A stretch of DNA of 64,000 nucleotides from the human T2T-CHM13v2.0 reference genome, Homo sapiens: assembly GCF_009914755.1 (NCBI RefSeq), contig NC_060935.1, one strand, 5' to 3'. Shown here piece by piece: positions 47,148-61,030 of the stretch; within the stretch, counting starts at the first letter, position 1; each line of letters opens with the position of its first letter. Below the pieces are notes generated by a model. That model was given only the letters and a program-made list of their open reading frames with translations, did not search any database and had not been told where the DNA came from. Position numbers and translations under genes: made by a program.

Positions 47148-48226
47148 TATCAGGAGAAATTCAGCCAGATATCAGGCAAAATTCACCCCCGATATTTCAC
47201 ATAGGTTCTTTTCTATTTTCCCTAAGCGTCCGCCGGTTTGAGAAATAAAGGGACAGAGTACAAAAGAGAGAAATTTTAAAGCTGGGTGTCCGGGGGAGAC
47301 ATCACATGTCAGTAGGTTCCATGATGCCCCCTGAGCCATAAAACCAGCAAGGGGAGGGAGTGTATGAATAGGGTGTGGGTCAGAGAGATCACATACTTCA
47401 CAAGGTAATAGAATATCACAAGGCAAATGGAGGCAGGGCGAGATCACAGGACCACAGGACCAGGGCGAAATTAAAATTGCTAATGAAGTTTTTGACACCA
47501 TTGTAATTGATAACATCTTATCAGGAGACAGGGTTTGAGAGCAACTGGTCTGACCAAAATTTATTAGGTGGGAATTTCCTTGTCCTAACAAGCCTGGGAG
47601 CACTATGGGAGACTGGGGCTTATTTCATCCCTACAGGCTCGATCATAGAAGATGGCCACACCCAAGGAAGCCATTTCAGAGGCCCACCCTCAGGGGTTCA
47701 TTCTCTTTCTCAGGGATGTTCCTTGCTGAGAAAAAGAATTGAGCGATATTTCTCCCATTTGCTTTTGAAAGAAGAGAAATATGGCTCTGTTCCACCTGGC
47801 TCACTGGCAGTCAGAGTTTAAGGTTATCTCTCTTGTTCCCTGAACATTGCTGTTATCCTGTTCTTTTTTCAAGGTGCCCAGATTTCATATTGTTCAAACA
47901 CGCATGCTCTACAATTTGTGCAGTTAATGTAATCATCACAGGGTCCTGAGGTGACATACATCCTCCTCAGCTTACAAGATGACAGGATTAAGAGATTAAA
48001 GTAAAGACAGGCATAGGAAATCACAAGGGTATTGATTGGGGAAGTGATAAGTGTCCATGAAATCTTCACAATTTATGTTTAGAGATTGCAGTAAAGACAG
48101 GCATAAGAAATTATAAAAGTATTAATTTGGGGAACTAATAAATGTCCATGAAATCTTCACAATCCACATTCTTGTGCCATGGCTTCAGCCGGTCCCTCCA
48201 TTTGGGGTCCCTGACTTCCCGCAACA
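47148..48226 (-). mobile_element. MER11 (HERV-K11/HML-8) solo LTR
   Basis: Reverse complement starts TGTTGCGGGAAGTCAGGGACCCCAAATGGAGGGACC; perfect 6-bp TSD gtgcct at 47142-47147 and 48227-48232. Confidence 0.92.
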
Positions 48227-48487
48227 GTGCCTGTTTGTGGTGTTCCTGGAAAGCATACTTCTAAAGCCTGCTTATTCTCTCCTCTCTCTCTGGAAGTGAT
48301 AACCTGCCAACCTCTGAGTGCTAGCAATTTGCAAGGTATTGATTTACCTGACTCTTGCACTCCCTCCTAGAACACACACACACACGTTGTAAAACTTGTT
48401 TCTTCCTTTATACAATTGGATTTCTCTTATTTTCTATGTTCTGACAATAGTCCAATTTCGATCTTTGCTCTAGAATTTTAGTGCTGT

Positions 48488-48720
48488 GTTTTCCTTTTAA
48501 ACCAGTTCTTTCAGCACTGATATCAGCTAATGCCCCTAACTCATCTCTACTGATATCAGTAATACCCCAATCCCATTTCTACTGACATCTGCTAATACCC
48601 AAACCCATCTTCACCAATATGAGCTAATGCCTCAAATCCCTTTCCACAGAGATTGGGGTAGAGATGGGTTTGGGGCATTAGCGGATGTCAGTGCTGAAAG
48701 AATGGGTTTAAAAAAGAAAC
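48488..48720. repeat. Four degenerate 32-33-bp tandem units within a 63-bp inverted repeat
   Basis: Units start at 48516, 48549, 48581 and 48613; 48658-48720 is the reverse complement of 48488-48550 (54/63 by manual alignment). Confidence 0.85.
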
Positions 48721-49117
48721 AGCAATACATTTTTGCAGCAAAGATTAAAATTATAACAATAAAGTATAAAAATGAATTTAAAATATTTATTTATAAATAT
48801 AATAAGCAACACTTCTTGAGTACTTACAGTGTGCCAGTCACTCAGCAAGAACGTTCCTTAGGCTATAACATGTCTTCCTGCCAAACAATTCTAGAGGTAG
48901 TTTGTGCTATTATCCTCATTTTGTGGATGAGAAAACAGAGACTTGGTTTGAATCACTGACTCATGGTCACAGACATCCATTGAGCAGTGAACTGGGACAC
49001 AAGTCTAGGGTTTGAGGGGTTCTCCTCTTGAATCTAAACCAACTGAGAGAAACAAAATAGTCAGAAGGTTGAGGATCAAAAGACTGGCTCTTTTGCTGAC
49101 ATAAGTTAGATTGGAGA

Positions 49118-49445
<328 letters not shown>

Positions 49446-50597
49446 TCAGTGCCCCTGAATTTAGACCATGGGAAAGCTTGGCTCTGCTGGGCAGACATGC
49501 CTAACTAGCTCACTTTATATTGCTCCAAGTTGTAGATGGGGGAAATAGAGAGTAAATCTTTGTGTATTTTTCTTATTACAAATGAAAACTGAATTGTAGG
49601 ACATGGTTTAAGTATGTTATCCAAGTGATTTCCTATACTAAATCTCAGAACTACATAGACTCAGCCACCAGAGTCCTACCACTATGAGCCTTTATGGGTA
49701 GATTGGCAAGTTTCTGGAGTTGTCATCAAATTGCTCTCCACTCTCTTTGGCTCCCTTAATGCCATAATTCTTGTCCATTCTTTCCTTGGGACCTAAAGCA
49801 ATTGGGATATGCCTGGGCCAAGGCTTGGTGTTTTTCCTCTTTAGGCCAATTATGTGAAACTCAGGCCTGGAGCTTTCCTTTCTGTGATCCCAGACTGTTT
49901 GCTCCAGCCATGTTCGAGGAGTAAAGGGAAAGTAAAAGTCTCTAACTCCTGAGAATGAGTCTAAGTGAGACTTCAACCTTCAACTATAATGAATGTACCC
50001 ATTCCTCCATGTCAGTGATGGTTACGTTAACATCACTGTGCATACCACCTGATGTTGTCATAAAAAGATCAGAGTCTTAGGCCAGCCTCCCAGCACCTCA
50101 TGCCCCCCACCTTATGCTTATATTAGAAGAAGCCTTCAGGATGTTTTTTTTTCATATTTGGGATAGTCCCTACACATGCCCATTATGGAGTGGAATATTT
50201 TATGATTGTTATTTTTTGCTGTCTTCATTCAAGTTGTGCTTTACTATTTTATTAAAAATTCCTGAATTTCTAAACATTAAGACATTACAACTTACTACTG
50301 ACACAAGAATGACAATGCAGTAACAAGAAAATGAAAGTAGAAGACAAATGACTTAGAAACAATAACAACTCTATAATTCCAAGATAATTTAAGCTGGCAA
50401 GTTTAAAGTGTTTCATAAAGGTGCAAAGCAAGCTCTCAGCCTGCAGTGATGCACCATACCAGCAGATGGCACTGAATAGCTTCTCAGGTGCCACAGGAAG
50501 ACCATTTACCAATGGTGGTTGCAACCTCTTAATTAGCTTGTGCTGAGCAGTTCATATTATAATTTATTAATTATTTTTACTACTTATTGCCATTATT

Positions 50598-50773
50598 TTC
50601 CTTCCTTCCTTCCTTCCTTCCTTCCTTCCTTCCTTCCTTCCTTCCCCCCTTCCTCTCTCCCTCCCTCCCTCCCTCCCTCCCTCACTCCTTCCCTTCCTCC
50701 CTCCCTCCCTCGCTCCTTCCCTTCTTCCCTCGTTCTTTTCTTCCTACCTTCCTCCCTCCCTCCCTCCTTCTTC
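50598..50773 (+). repeat. (TTCC)n/(CCCT)n polypyrimidine tract
   Basis: Read directly; abuts the 3' end of an antisense L1. Confidence 0.9.
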
Positions 50774-50774
50774 A

Positions 50775-53700
50775 GTAAAATTGACTAATAAAATTTGTAT
50801 ATATTTAAGGTATACAATGTGATGTTTTAATATATGTACACATTGTGAAATGATTATCCCAATCAAGCTAATTTTGTGTGTATGTGTGTGTGGTGAGAAT
50901 ACTTAAGATTTACTCTGTTAGCAAATTTAGTATTTAATAACATTATTATTAACTGTAATCACCATCCTGTACATTAGGTCTCCAGAAGTGACTCATTGCA
51001 TAACTGGAAGTTTGTACCCTTTGACCAGCATCTCCCTATTTCCTCTGCTCCTTGATCACTGGTAGGTAACCACTCTTCTACTCTCTATTTCTGTTATATT
51101 CTGTTATTTAAGATTTCATATATGAGTGAGATCATTCAGTATTTGTCTCTTTGTGGCTGGATTATTTCACTTAGCCTGATGTTCTTCAGATTCATTCACG
51201 TTGTCAAAAATGGCAGGATTTCTTCTTTTGTTAAGGCTGAATAATATTCCATTATATATACAGTAGTCCTCTTTTATCCATGGGGATGTGTTCCAAGATC
51301 CCCAGTGGATGTCAGAAACCACAGATAGTACCAAACACTATATATATACTATGTTTTTTTCCTGTACATAATTGCCTATGATAAAGTTTAATATATAAAT
51401 TAGACCGTGTAAGAAATCGAGAGCAATAACTAAGAATAAAATAGAACAATTATAACAATAGACTGTAATTAAAGTTAGGTATATGTGGTCTTTCTCTCTC
51501 TATATATAAATATCTTATTGTACTTTACTCATCTATTTTTAGACCATGGATGACTAGGGGTAACTGAAACCCCAGAAAGTAAAGCTGTGAATAAGAGGGA
51601 GTAAGTGGAGCCTATAGTGTGTGTATCACATTTTCTTTATATAGCTTTCCATTGGCAGACACGTAGGTTGTTTCTGTATCTTGGTTATTATGAATAATAA
51701 TATGATGAACAGGCAAGTGCATGTTCTTCGACATGCAAGTGCAAGTTCTTCGACATACTGTTTTCATTTCCTTTGTATATATACCCAGAAGTGGGATTGT
51801 TGGGTCATATTGTGTCTCTAGTTTTAATTTTTTGAGCACTCTCTATGCTTTTTTTAAAAAAAATGACTATACCAATTTACATTCCCACTAACAATGTATA
51901 AGGGTTTCCATTTTTCCATGTGTGATTAAAAAGAATATGCATTCTGCTGCTGTTGAATCAAATGTTTTGCATATCCTGTTAGGTCCATTTGGTCTAAAGA
52001 GTAGTTGAAGTGTGCTATTTCCTTATCAATTTTCTGTCTTGATGAGCTATCCATTGTCAAAAGTAAGGTATTGAAGTCCACTTCTATAATTATATTGCTG
52101 TCTATTTCTCCCTTCAGAGCTGATAATATTTGCTTGATGTATTTAGCCTTTCTGTTACTGGGTGCATATGTATGTAGAATTATAATATCCTTTTGATGGA
52201 TGACTCCTTAATCATCAAATAATGACATTGTCTCTTGTGATAGTTTTTAACTTAAAGTCTATTTTGTCTCATATAAATATATCTGTTCCTTGTTTATTCC
52301 TTCATTTCTTGAAGAAGAAATGAACTTCTTCAGCTTTCCTTTGTCTGGGAAAGTCTTTATCTCTTCCTCATTTCTGTAGGACAGATTTTCTGAGTACAGT
52401 ATTATGGGTTGGCAGGTTTCTATTTTTTCTTTCAACACTTTAAATATGTCATCCTACTGTCTCCTGGCTTGCATGGTTCCTGCTGATGTATCTGCTGATA
52501 TGGTTATGGGGAATTCCCATGTATTTGATGAGCTTCTCTTCTCTTGCTGCTTTCAAAATACTCTGTCTTTGATTTTTGACAGTTTGATTACAATGTGTCC
52601 TTGTGAAGTCTTCTTTGGGTTGAAACTATTTGAAGACTTCAAGCTTCATATACCTGTATGTCCATATCCTCTCCAGATTTGTGGAGTTTTCAGCCATTAC
52701 TACTTTAAATTAGCTTTCTTCTCCTTTTTCTCTTCTTTTGCTGAGAGCACTGTAATGCTAATGTGAGCTCTCTTGGTGGTGTCCTATAAATCCCATAGAC
52801 TTTCTTCACTCCTTTTTGTTTTTTCCTCCTGTAACTGGACCATTTCAAATGATTTGTCTTCAAATTCACAGATTCTTTCTTTTGCTTGACCAAGTCTACC
52901 ATTGACTCCCTCTATTGCATTTTTCTATTTCATTCATTATATTCTTCAGCTCCAGAATTTCTATTTGGTTCTTTCTATGATTTCTAAGTCTATCAAACTT
53001 CTTGTTTTGCTCATGTGTTGTGTTTCTAAATTTGTTGAGTTGTCTGTGTTCTCTTGTAGTTCACTGAGATGTCTTAAAACAATATTTTTCATCTTTGTTA
53101 GGCAATTGATCATAATTTCTTTGGGGTCACTTACTAGAATATTTTGGGGTTCCATTGATGATGTCCTGTTTTCTTGAATTTTTGTGTACCCTGAAGTCCA
53201 GTGTTGCTGTCTTCACTTTTGCAGAAGCAGTCACCTCCTACAGTCTTTACTGACTGGCTTTGGAAAAGAAAGACCTTTGCCAATCAGCCCAACTAGGGAT
53301 TTTGAGACTTTCTCAGATTTTTTCTGTGGACATGCCCACTTCATACCTCTTGTTCCCTCTTGGTGGGAATTCTAAGATTGTATGCCTTCTCTCAATCCTG
53401 CAAAGCCAGGCTGGGTGATGAAAGCCTCTCATTTGTTTTCTCTAGGATGGCACTCTGAAACGTTGAAGTTTGTATACCTTCTGTCAGTTCCACAGCACTT
53501 GTTGTCCATGAGGTTGTGCAGGAAGTCAGCATTTGGGGAGGGACTCAGTGCATTTGGAGTGCTCCTGGGCTAGTTGTTGTTGTTCTGCGGATAAAGCCTG
53601 GGCCCAAGCAGCTCACAGATAGGCTTCCTGATGGAGTCCATGGAATGGTTAGCAAGGTCTGTGGCCTTTCTTCGTTGCTCCCATCTTCTCCCAACCACTC

Positions 53701-54093
53701 AGCTACACAGATCACATCAGTATGTTGGGTGAAATGAGAAAGAAGTGGGCCTCTTGGGAGGCATCCCACATGGCTGGGAAAGCTGAGTGCTCACTCATGC
53801 CCCTCTCACTTTCCAACTTGGGAGACCTAACGGGGTCTCTTTTTGGCACTGAACTATGCTTCCTTGGAGAGGGGTGACACAGGTAAAGTGAAATTGTTCT
53901 TACTTTCTTCAATGTGTTTATTCTTGGATTTTTTTTTTTTTTTTTTTTGCCCTAACACTGTACTAGAACTTCTTTACTGGACTCTCATACTTCCATGATG
54001 GTATTTTTGTTTGTGGGTATTGGTCAAAGTGGATGTTTCTGTAGGGGGATGATGGTAGAAAGCTCTTATTCTGCCATCTTGCTAATGTCACTC
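50775..54093 (-). mobile_element. L1MA-age element with 3' and 5' ends but large internal deletions
   Basis: L1MA 3'UTR at left; minus ORFs YDPTIPLLGIY and ORF1-like KEIMINCL...LSELQENTD; 5' start 'gagtgacattagcaagatggcagaat' on the minus strand at ~54068-54093. Confidence 0.75.
51261..51615 (-). mobile_element. MER44A inserted in L1
   Basis: Homologous to 8120-8460; cagtagtcc terminus after TA. Confidence 0.8.
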
Positions 54094-54245
54094 TGCAGTG
54101 AATTCTTGAATGTGACCATCCCAGTTGGTCCCAAGCATAGCTCTGGGGTAGTGAGTGTTATCTCTGATGTTTATATGGGTTTGACCAATTCCAACAGGCT
54201 TCTTTTGTTGAGTCAAGTAAGTCAGCTCACTTTGAACCCAATGTG

Positions 54246-54335
54246 GCTGATTTTATTTGGGGCTGTTAAGACTGAGTTTTGGCACCTTTTGCTGCTTTTA
54301 TTTGGGGCTGTTAAGACTGAGTTTTGGCACCTTTT
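54246..54335 (+). repeat. 45-bp tandem duplication (2 copies, 1 mismatch)
   Basis: gctgattttatttggggctgttaagactgagttttggcacctttt repeated. Confidence 0.9.
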
Positions 54336-55088
54336 GAGGCATGCAAATGGATTAACTGTTTTGTCTTAGGAGTAGCCCTGGTTTTGCAATAAATATTCAA
54401 GCAACTTAAACAAAAATATTTTAGGCAACAGGCTTCATTTTCTACTATTTAACCAAACTGTTTTTTTTAAATCTTGGCAACTTATATTAATAGAATGAAA
54501 AGATTCAACATTGAGTTCAGGGAATTATCAGGCAAGGATTGATGTTTTTGCACCAGAGACATTAACTTAGCAAAGTAATTGTGCACCAAGGCCTAGATTC
54601 AGCTTTGTAAGTTCTCAGTAAATTATGCATGTTATGTTGCATGTAATCTTAGCTCTGTGTCTCAGTTTATTTAAATATAAAATGGAAATTATGATAGTAC
54701 TTATTAATATTGCTTTTTATATAATATGACACATAAGCATGAGCAAAGCAGTATCAAGCAAACTGGTGAGGTAAGGAAATGGTCAGAATAGAATAGGTTT
54801 TTAAAATAAATTTACTTGAGGAAAATGCTTAAAATCTATTTTATGTACAGCTTTAGAATTTACAAAACTTGCATGTACTTTTTGAGTTTAATAATGTAGA
54901 TGCTATTGCCTACTTTTTATAGATGGGAAAACTCAGGCTTATATGGATTGTGTGTCTTGGTTAAGGTGGAACAGTCAATAAATAGCGGAAGTGGGAAGAG
55001 ATTCCAGTCCTTTGCCGCCTTATCTATTTTCCACTCCTTTCTATTCTGTTTTATGGTTAAAAGTTTTAAATAAACTTTCTTTAGTGAG

Positions 55089-55276
55089 CATATATATATT
55101 ATGTATATGTGTGTGTGTGTATGTCTGTGTATATATATAGATATATGTGTATATATACATATGTGTGTATATATAAGTATATATATGTGTACATGTGTAT
55201 ATATACACACATATATGTATATTTACACATATATGTATATATAAGTGTATATTTATATATGCATATATATGTATAT
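55089..55276 (+). repeat. (TA)n/(TG)n low-complexity tract
   Basis: Read directly. Confidence 0.9.
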
Positions 55277-55849
55277 TTTTTACCAAAGCTAGGAAAAGGT
55301 GTGTTTCTCTATTCTTTCTTTGTGTCTATGGATTCTGCTCTCTCATTGCTCTTGGGGTCCTTTGTTAACCCAGCTCAATCCCATATACACGAGCTGATTT
55401 ACTCAAGAGAGTAGGATGTCTTTCCTTATTAAATTGTTCCTGGTGTGAATGTGGTCTTTGGTATTCACTTTCTTCTCAATTCCAGGTATCAGAGACTTTT
55501 TCTTCAAAGTGTCTTTTGTGCAAATTAGAGATACACCAAAATGTGGCTTCACCCTGAGAATTTGGCCAAAACGTCTGTTACTCAGATGTGAATATTTCAA
55601 TCTTAGCCTTTGAAGGTCAGAGTGGCGTAGATACATCCTTAAACATAACCTCTGACACCTTTGAACTTGTAGTCAATAACAACATCATCCTATGGTTTAC
55701 TATAATATCTTACCAGTTTAACAACATAAGGAATACAAACATGACATGCTATTCAGATTTATTGTTGATACTTTTAAAAAATAAGTGAGCATTCTGGATG
55801 TTACTTAGAGTACAAAATCTCTTTATGTATTTTATATATGAAAATTCTT

Positions 55850-56147
55850 GGCTGGGCGTGGTGGCTTATGCCTTTCATTCCAGCACTTTGGGAGGCTGCG
55901 GCGGGTTGAGTTACTTGAGTTCAGGAGTTTGAGACCAGCCTGGGAAGCATGGTGAAATCCAGGCTCTACAAAAAATACAAAAATTAGCCAGGCATAGTGG
56001 CATGCACCTGTAATCCTTGCTACTCAGGTGCCTAAGGTGGGAAGATCTCTTGAGCCCAGGAGGTTGAGGCTGCAGTGTTTGCACCACTGCACTCCAGCTT
56101 GGGTGACAAAGTGAGATCCTGTCTCAGAAAAAAAGAAAGAAAAACAA
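55850..56147 (+). mobile_element. AluJ-like element
   Basis: Diverged Alu dimer with A tail. Confidence 0.88.
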
Positions 56148-56472
56148 ATCTCACAATATTATAAGTACGAAGGCATGTTTATCATTACAATTATAAAACA
56201 GAACAATTACTATGAAAGCTGTTCATTTTGTGTATAAAATAATTAAGAATTTAAAAATAGTTAATAAATAAGAATATACATTAGCAGTTAATACAAAACA
56301 TTAACAGAAACTGTGTTAGTTGGATAACTTCAGGAAGTTATTCTTTCTCAGCAAATAAATATTCATGAGAATTTAAAAAATGCAAACAAGAATAATAAAA
56401 ACATTATTATGCCATAGTTCTAATATTTGTAAAATTGTTTGATGTATATTAGAGAAAATAAGCTTTAAGATC

Positions 56473-56899
56473 TGTCTTAGTTTGTTTGTGTTGCTATAAA
56501 GGAATACCTGAGGCTGGGTAATTTATAAAGAAATGAGGTTTATTTGGCTCACAGTTCTGCAGGCTGTACAAGAAGCATGGCACCAGCGTCTATTTTGGGG
56601 GAGGGTTTCAGACTCCTTCCACTCAGGGTGGAAGGCAAAAGGGAGCTTGCTTATGCAGATCACATGGCCAGATTGAAAAGCAAGAAAGCAGAGGAGATGC
56701 CAGGTTATTTTTCAACAAACAGTTCTTACAGGAACTGAGAGTGAGAACTTATTCACTGCTGCAAAAATGTATCAAGCCATTAATGAAGAATCTGGCCTCA
56801 TGATCCAAACACCTCCTGCCAGGCCCACCTCCAATACTGGGGATCAGATTTCAACATGAGTCTTGACAGAGCCAAACAAACTATATTCAAACCATAGCA
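56473..56899 (-). mobile_element. MST-type MaLR solo LTR
   Basis: 'tgtcttagtttgtttgtgttgctataaaggaatacctgaggctgggtaatttata...accatagca'; TSD-like agatc / agagc. Confidence 0.8.
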
Positions 56900-57892
56900 A
56901 GAGCAATATTTAAATTTTATATTAAATGTAATTCCAGGTAAGCTATGTTTCTTTCAAGAAAAATTTCTTTGGGGAATTTTTTTACATCTCGTAAGTATGA
57001 ATTCAGAATGTCAACTGTGACTTTAAATTCCATGAGAAGTGAAAACTCAAAAATAAGGTAGAAAAACTAGATATGAAAAAGTATACTAGAGTAGAAGAAG
57101 AAAATAAGAGAAAAATTAGGTGTCTCCAAATTTTTTATTCTTTTACCAATTTTAATGTTATATAATGTTACAAATGTACTGTGTAGGGACGATGGAACAG
57201 CTAGCTGACCCTGCTAAACATGTATTATGCCTGCATTTTAATAAGTTTACAATCTTAGTTATAAAGGTTTAGTGATAAAATTGTAATACTCATATTTAAA
57301 TATATTATGATAACATAATACATTTTGTATAAATATAAATTTTATATATCTGTAAATAAAATAGTATATTTTATGTTTCAGAACTTCCTTTTATGATGGT
57401 TATTTTTAGCTTTGGCTTGGCTTTAGTTGAATGTTGACTTTAAGACTTGGGCAGTTGATGTTTGACCAGAATCTATCTTTGGTGAACTTCTGGTACAAAC
57501 TGTCTCATAATTTTTCGCAGTCATGTTGTACTCTCGGTAATGAGGTGTTGACCCTCATCAAGGGGCATCCCTACTATGCAGGGTAACTAGTTATGGTAAT
57601 GGGTATCATGGTACTATCTTTATTTCTGTCAGCTGAGCCAGGATTTCTGTCAAGGATATCATATACACTGAAGACAAAACAAAACAACAACTTTTAAAAC
57701 ACCTCGTAGAAGTCAAGTATTACAAGAAACCCAGTATGTCAAATCCAGAGAGATAAATCATTCAAGGATTGTTACAAAACCAGAGGTGCGTGAGAAAACA
57801 TAAATTCAAAGAACCAAGAATTAGTAGGAGATCTACTTCAGGAGCTAAGAATTCAAGCATTTAAGGGACCAGGAATCAAAAGGGAACACCTG

Positions 57893-58253
<361 letters not shown>

Positions 58254-58766
58254 CTAAGCCTAAAGAAAGCAAAAATTTCTGTGTCTTGTTGCCATGTTAG
58301 TGTGTTATTGACAGCAGAAATCCATGTCCCCTATCTCTTTGGCTAATTTGTAGTAGTGTGTCACAAAATGTCACTCTTAGACCTCTTCTTTGATCTCTAA
58401 TCAGATACTCATGTCTTCTACCTTCCCTCTATCCAGATTCCTTTCTTTGAATTGAGTGTCTCTATAGGATAGATTATACTACAGTAATGAACAACCACAA
58501 ACTTAGTGGCTCAATTTTAAAAAGGGGTTTTTAAATCTGCTTACTTAATTTTTATGTTCAATTAGGTGTCTGACTCCCTGGTAACACTCAGGACCCAGGC
58601 CGATAGAGAACCTGCCATCTCATAGCTATAGCAACCCGGAATACATGACTTCTTCAATCACCACAGCAGGGAAACAGATATTGGAGAAGAGTATTTGGAC
58701 TTTTCACTGCCTACACAGAAGTGATACATGTCACTTGATTACATAACTCACATATGCATTACCTCA

Positions 58767-59120
58767 TGTATTAGTCCAGTTTTATATTGCTATAAAGAAT
58801 GATCTGAGGGTATGTAATTTATAAAGAAAAGAGGTTTAATTGACTCACAGGTCTGCATGGCTGGGGAAGCCTCAGGAAACTTATAATCATAGCTAAAGGT
58901 GAAGGGGAAGCAAGACACATCTTACACAGTGGCAGGAGAGAGAGAGGGCAAGGGGGGAACTGCCAAGCACTTTAAAACCATCAGATCCCATGAAAACTCA
59001 TTCACTATTATGAGAACCATGCGGAGAAACCAATCACCTGCCACCAGGTCCTTCCCTCAACACATGGGAATTACAATTTGAGATGAGAGTTGGGTGAGGA
59101 CACAGCGCCAAACCATATCA
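58767..59120 (-). mobile_element. THE1/MST-type solo LTR inserted in an L1MA 3' fragment (~58735-59420)
   Basis: tgtattagtcc...aaaccatatca; perfect 5-bp TSD cctca at 58762-58766 and 59121-59125. Confidence 0.85.
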
Positions 59121-59489
59121 CCTCACATACTCATCATTTTTGTGGTGCGAAAAAATTTATAGCCACTCTCTTAGCATTTTTCAAGAATATGATATGTTAT
59201 CAAGTACAGTTGTCAGGCTGTACAATGGATTGCTTGACTGTATTCCTCCTATTTAGCTGAATTTTGTGGCCTTTGACCAACAGTGCCCCAATTCTCCCCA
59301 GCCCTTGGTGGCCATCATTCTACTCTCCACTTTCGTGAGATCACCTTTATTAGATGCCACATATGAGTGAAGTCATCTGGTGTTTGTCTTTCTGTGCCTG
59401 GCTTATTTCACTAAGCATCTTTCTTTTTGATCCACTCATCTTTACGTGCCATACTTACAAATGTTTTTTCATTTTCTTTCTTTTTTATT

Positions 59490-61030
59490 AATATTTTGTT
59501 TTGAAACAATTTTAACCTTACAGAAAATTTGCAGGTATGGTACAAAGCAGTTTATTTTTCCTGAGATGTTTGGGAGTAAATTGCCTATGTGTTGCTCCTT
59601 TGTCCCCTAGTACATGCAGTTCCTACTAATAAGGACTTTCTCCTATAAACCAAGACACAACCTGCAACATCAAGAAATTAACATTGATGCATCACTATCA
59701 TTTAATCTTCAGACACACTCAAATTTTGCCAGATGTCTCAAAAGTGTTGTTTACAGCAAAAGAATTCAATTTGGAATCATGAGTTGCTTTTCACTGTCTT
59801 GTCTTCCCAGAGTCCCTCACTCTGGCCCAATTCTCAGTCTTTTCTTGATTTTCATTAGCTTGACACTTTTGAAGACTACAGACCAGTTACTTTTTACTGT
59901 GTTTTTCAATTTGCATTTGTTTCATGTTTCCCCTTTATTAGATTCAAGTTGTACATTTTGGCAGGAATATCACATAAGCGATCCTGTGTTCTTCTTGTCA
60001 CATGCCATTAGATGACACAGATTCCAATTTTTTCACTTTGGTTACTTGAATGAGATGGTATCTGCCATGCTTCTCCACAACAAAGTCATTCTTTTTCCAT
60101 TTGTATTTAATTAAAGTGCTGTGGGAAGTTACTTTGGAACTACATATATATCCATTATCAAACTTTCAATTTATTTATTGATTAATTTGTGTCAGGAATA
60201 CATATGGTTTCCATTTTATTCAATGGATTATAATTAGTTGCCATCATTGTTTATTTTGATAATGAAATTGTGCTAGATCTGACCAGTGAGTGCCTCTTCA
60301 GATAGGCTTCTATGTCCGTTTGACATACCTTTATCATTCTTTGAGCTATTCCTTGTTTTCTAGGACAAGACATTCCAAATTCATCTTGTAATTTTGTTGC
60401 CTCAACACTGGAATCTACCATTTCTCCAAAGAGTCCTGGTTCCTTTTAGTAAAGCATACGTATTTAGAAGCCATGATCTAGGCACCTGGTATGTGCATTG
60501 CTATTTGTGTTATTGTTCCTAGGCTCTATCAGGGGAGAGTTAGGGAATATATGTATGTATGCATATATATTTACATCTAAATTCATTCATGTATATCTAA
60601 TCCATTATGCATATATACATACACACACATACATTTATGTATATGTATATAATGTATACAGTCAGCCCTCTGTATCAGCAGGGAACTGATTCCAGGACCC
60701 ATCACACATACCAAAATCCACAGATGTTCAAATCCCTTATATAAAATGGGGTCAGCACTCTATCTGCAGGTTCCACACCTGCAGATTCAAGCAATTTTGG
60801 ATGGAAAATTTGTACAGTTGGCCTCCCATATCCACCTGCTGATGTGAAGCCCACAGAAAAGGAGGGCCAACTGTACCTATATAATCTCCAAAAGTTCACA
60901 AGGATGCACCACAGGGCTCATTCTGGTATTCTCCCTTTTCATTTTTGTAATGCCTTTCTCTGACAATGACAAAACTATCTCTCATTATCCTTATTTCATC
61001 AATCCCCAGTACATGACCAACCATTCATTG
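59490..61030 (-). mobile_element. Old L1MC/ME-like 3' region
   Basis: Degenerate L1M 3'UTR motifs (e.g. 'catttctccaaagagtcctggttcctttt'). Confidence 0.55.
60659..60873 (+). mobile_element. MER2-like Tigger MITE
   Basis: Terminal repeats cagtcagccctc ... gagggccaactg, TA on both flanks. Confidence 0.75.

Noticed and set aside
48516-48645. CRISPR-like array (33-bp repeats)
   Set aside because: Units are contiguous with no unique spacers, there are no cas genes, and the DNA is primate.
54917-55414. Tyr/Ile/His-rich ORFs
   Set aside because: Translations of the (TA)/(TG) low-complexity tract.
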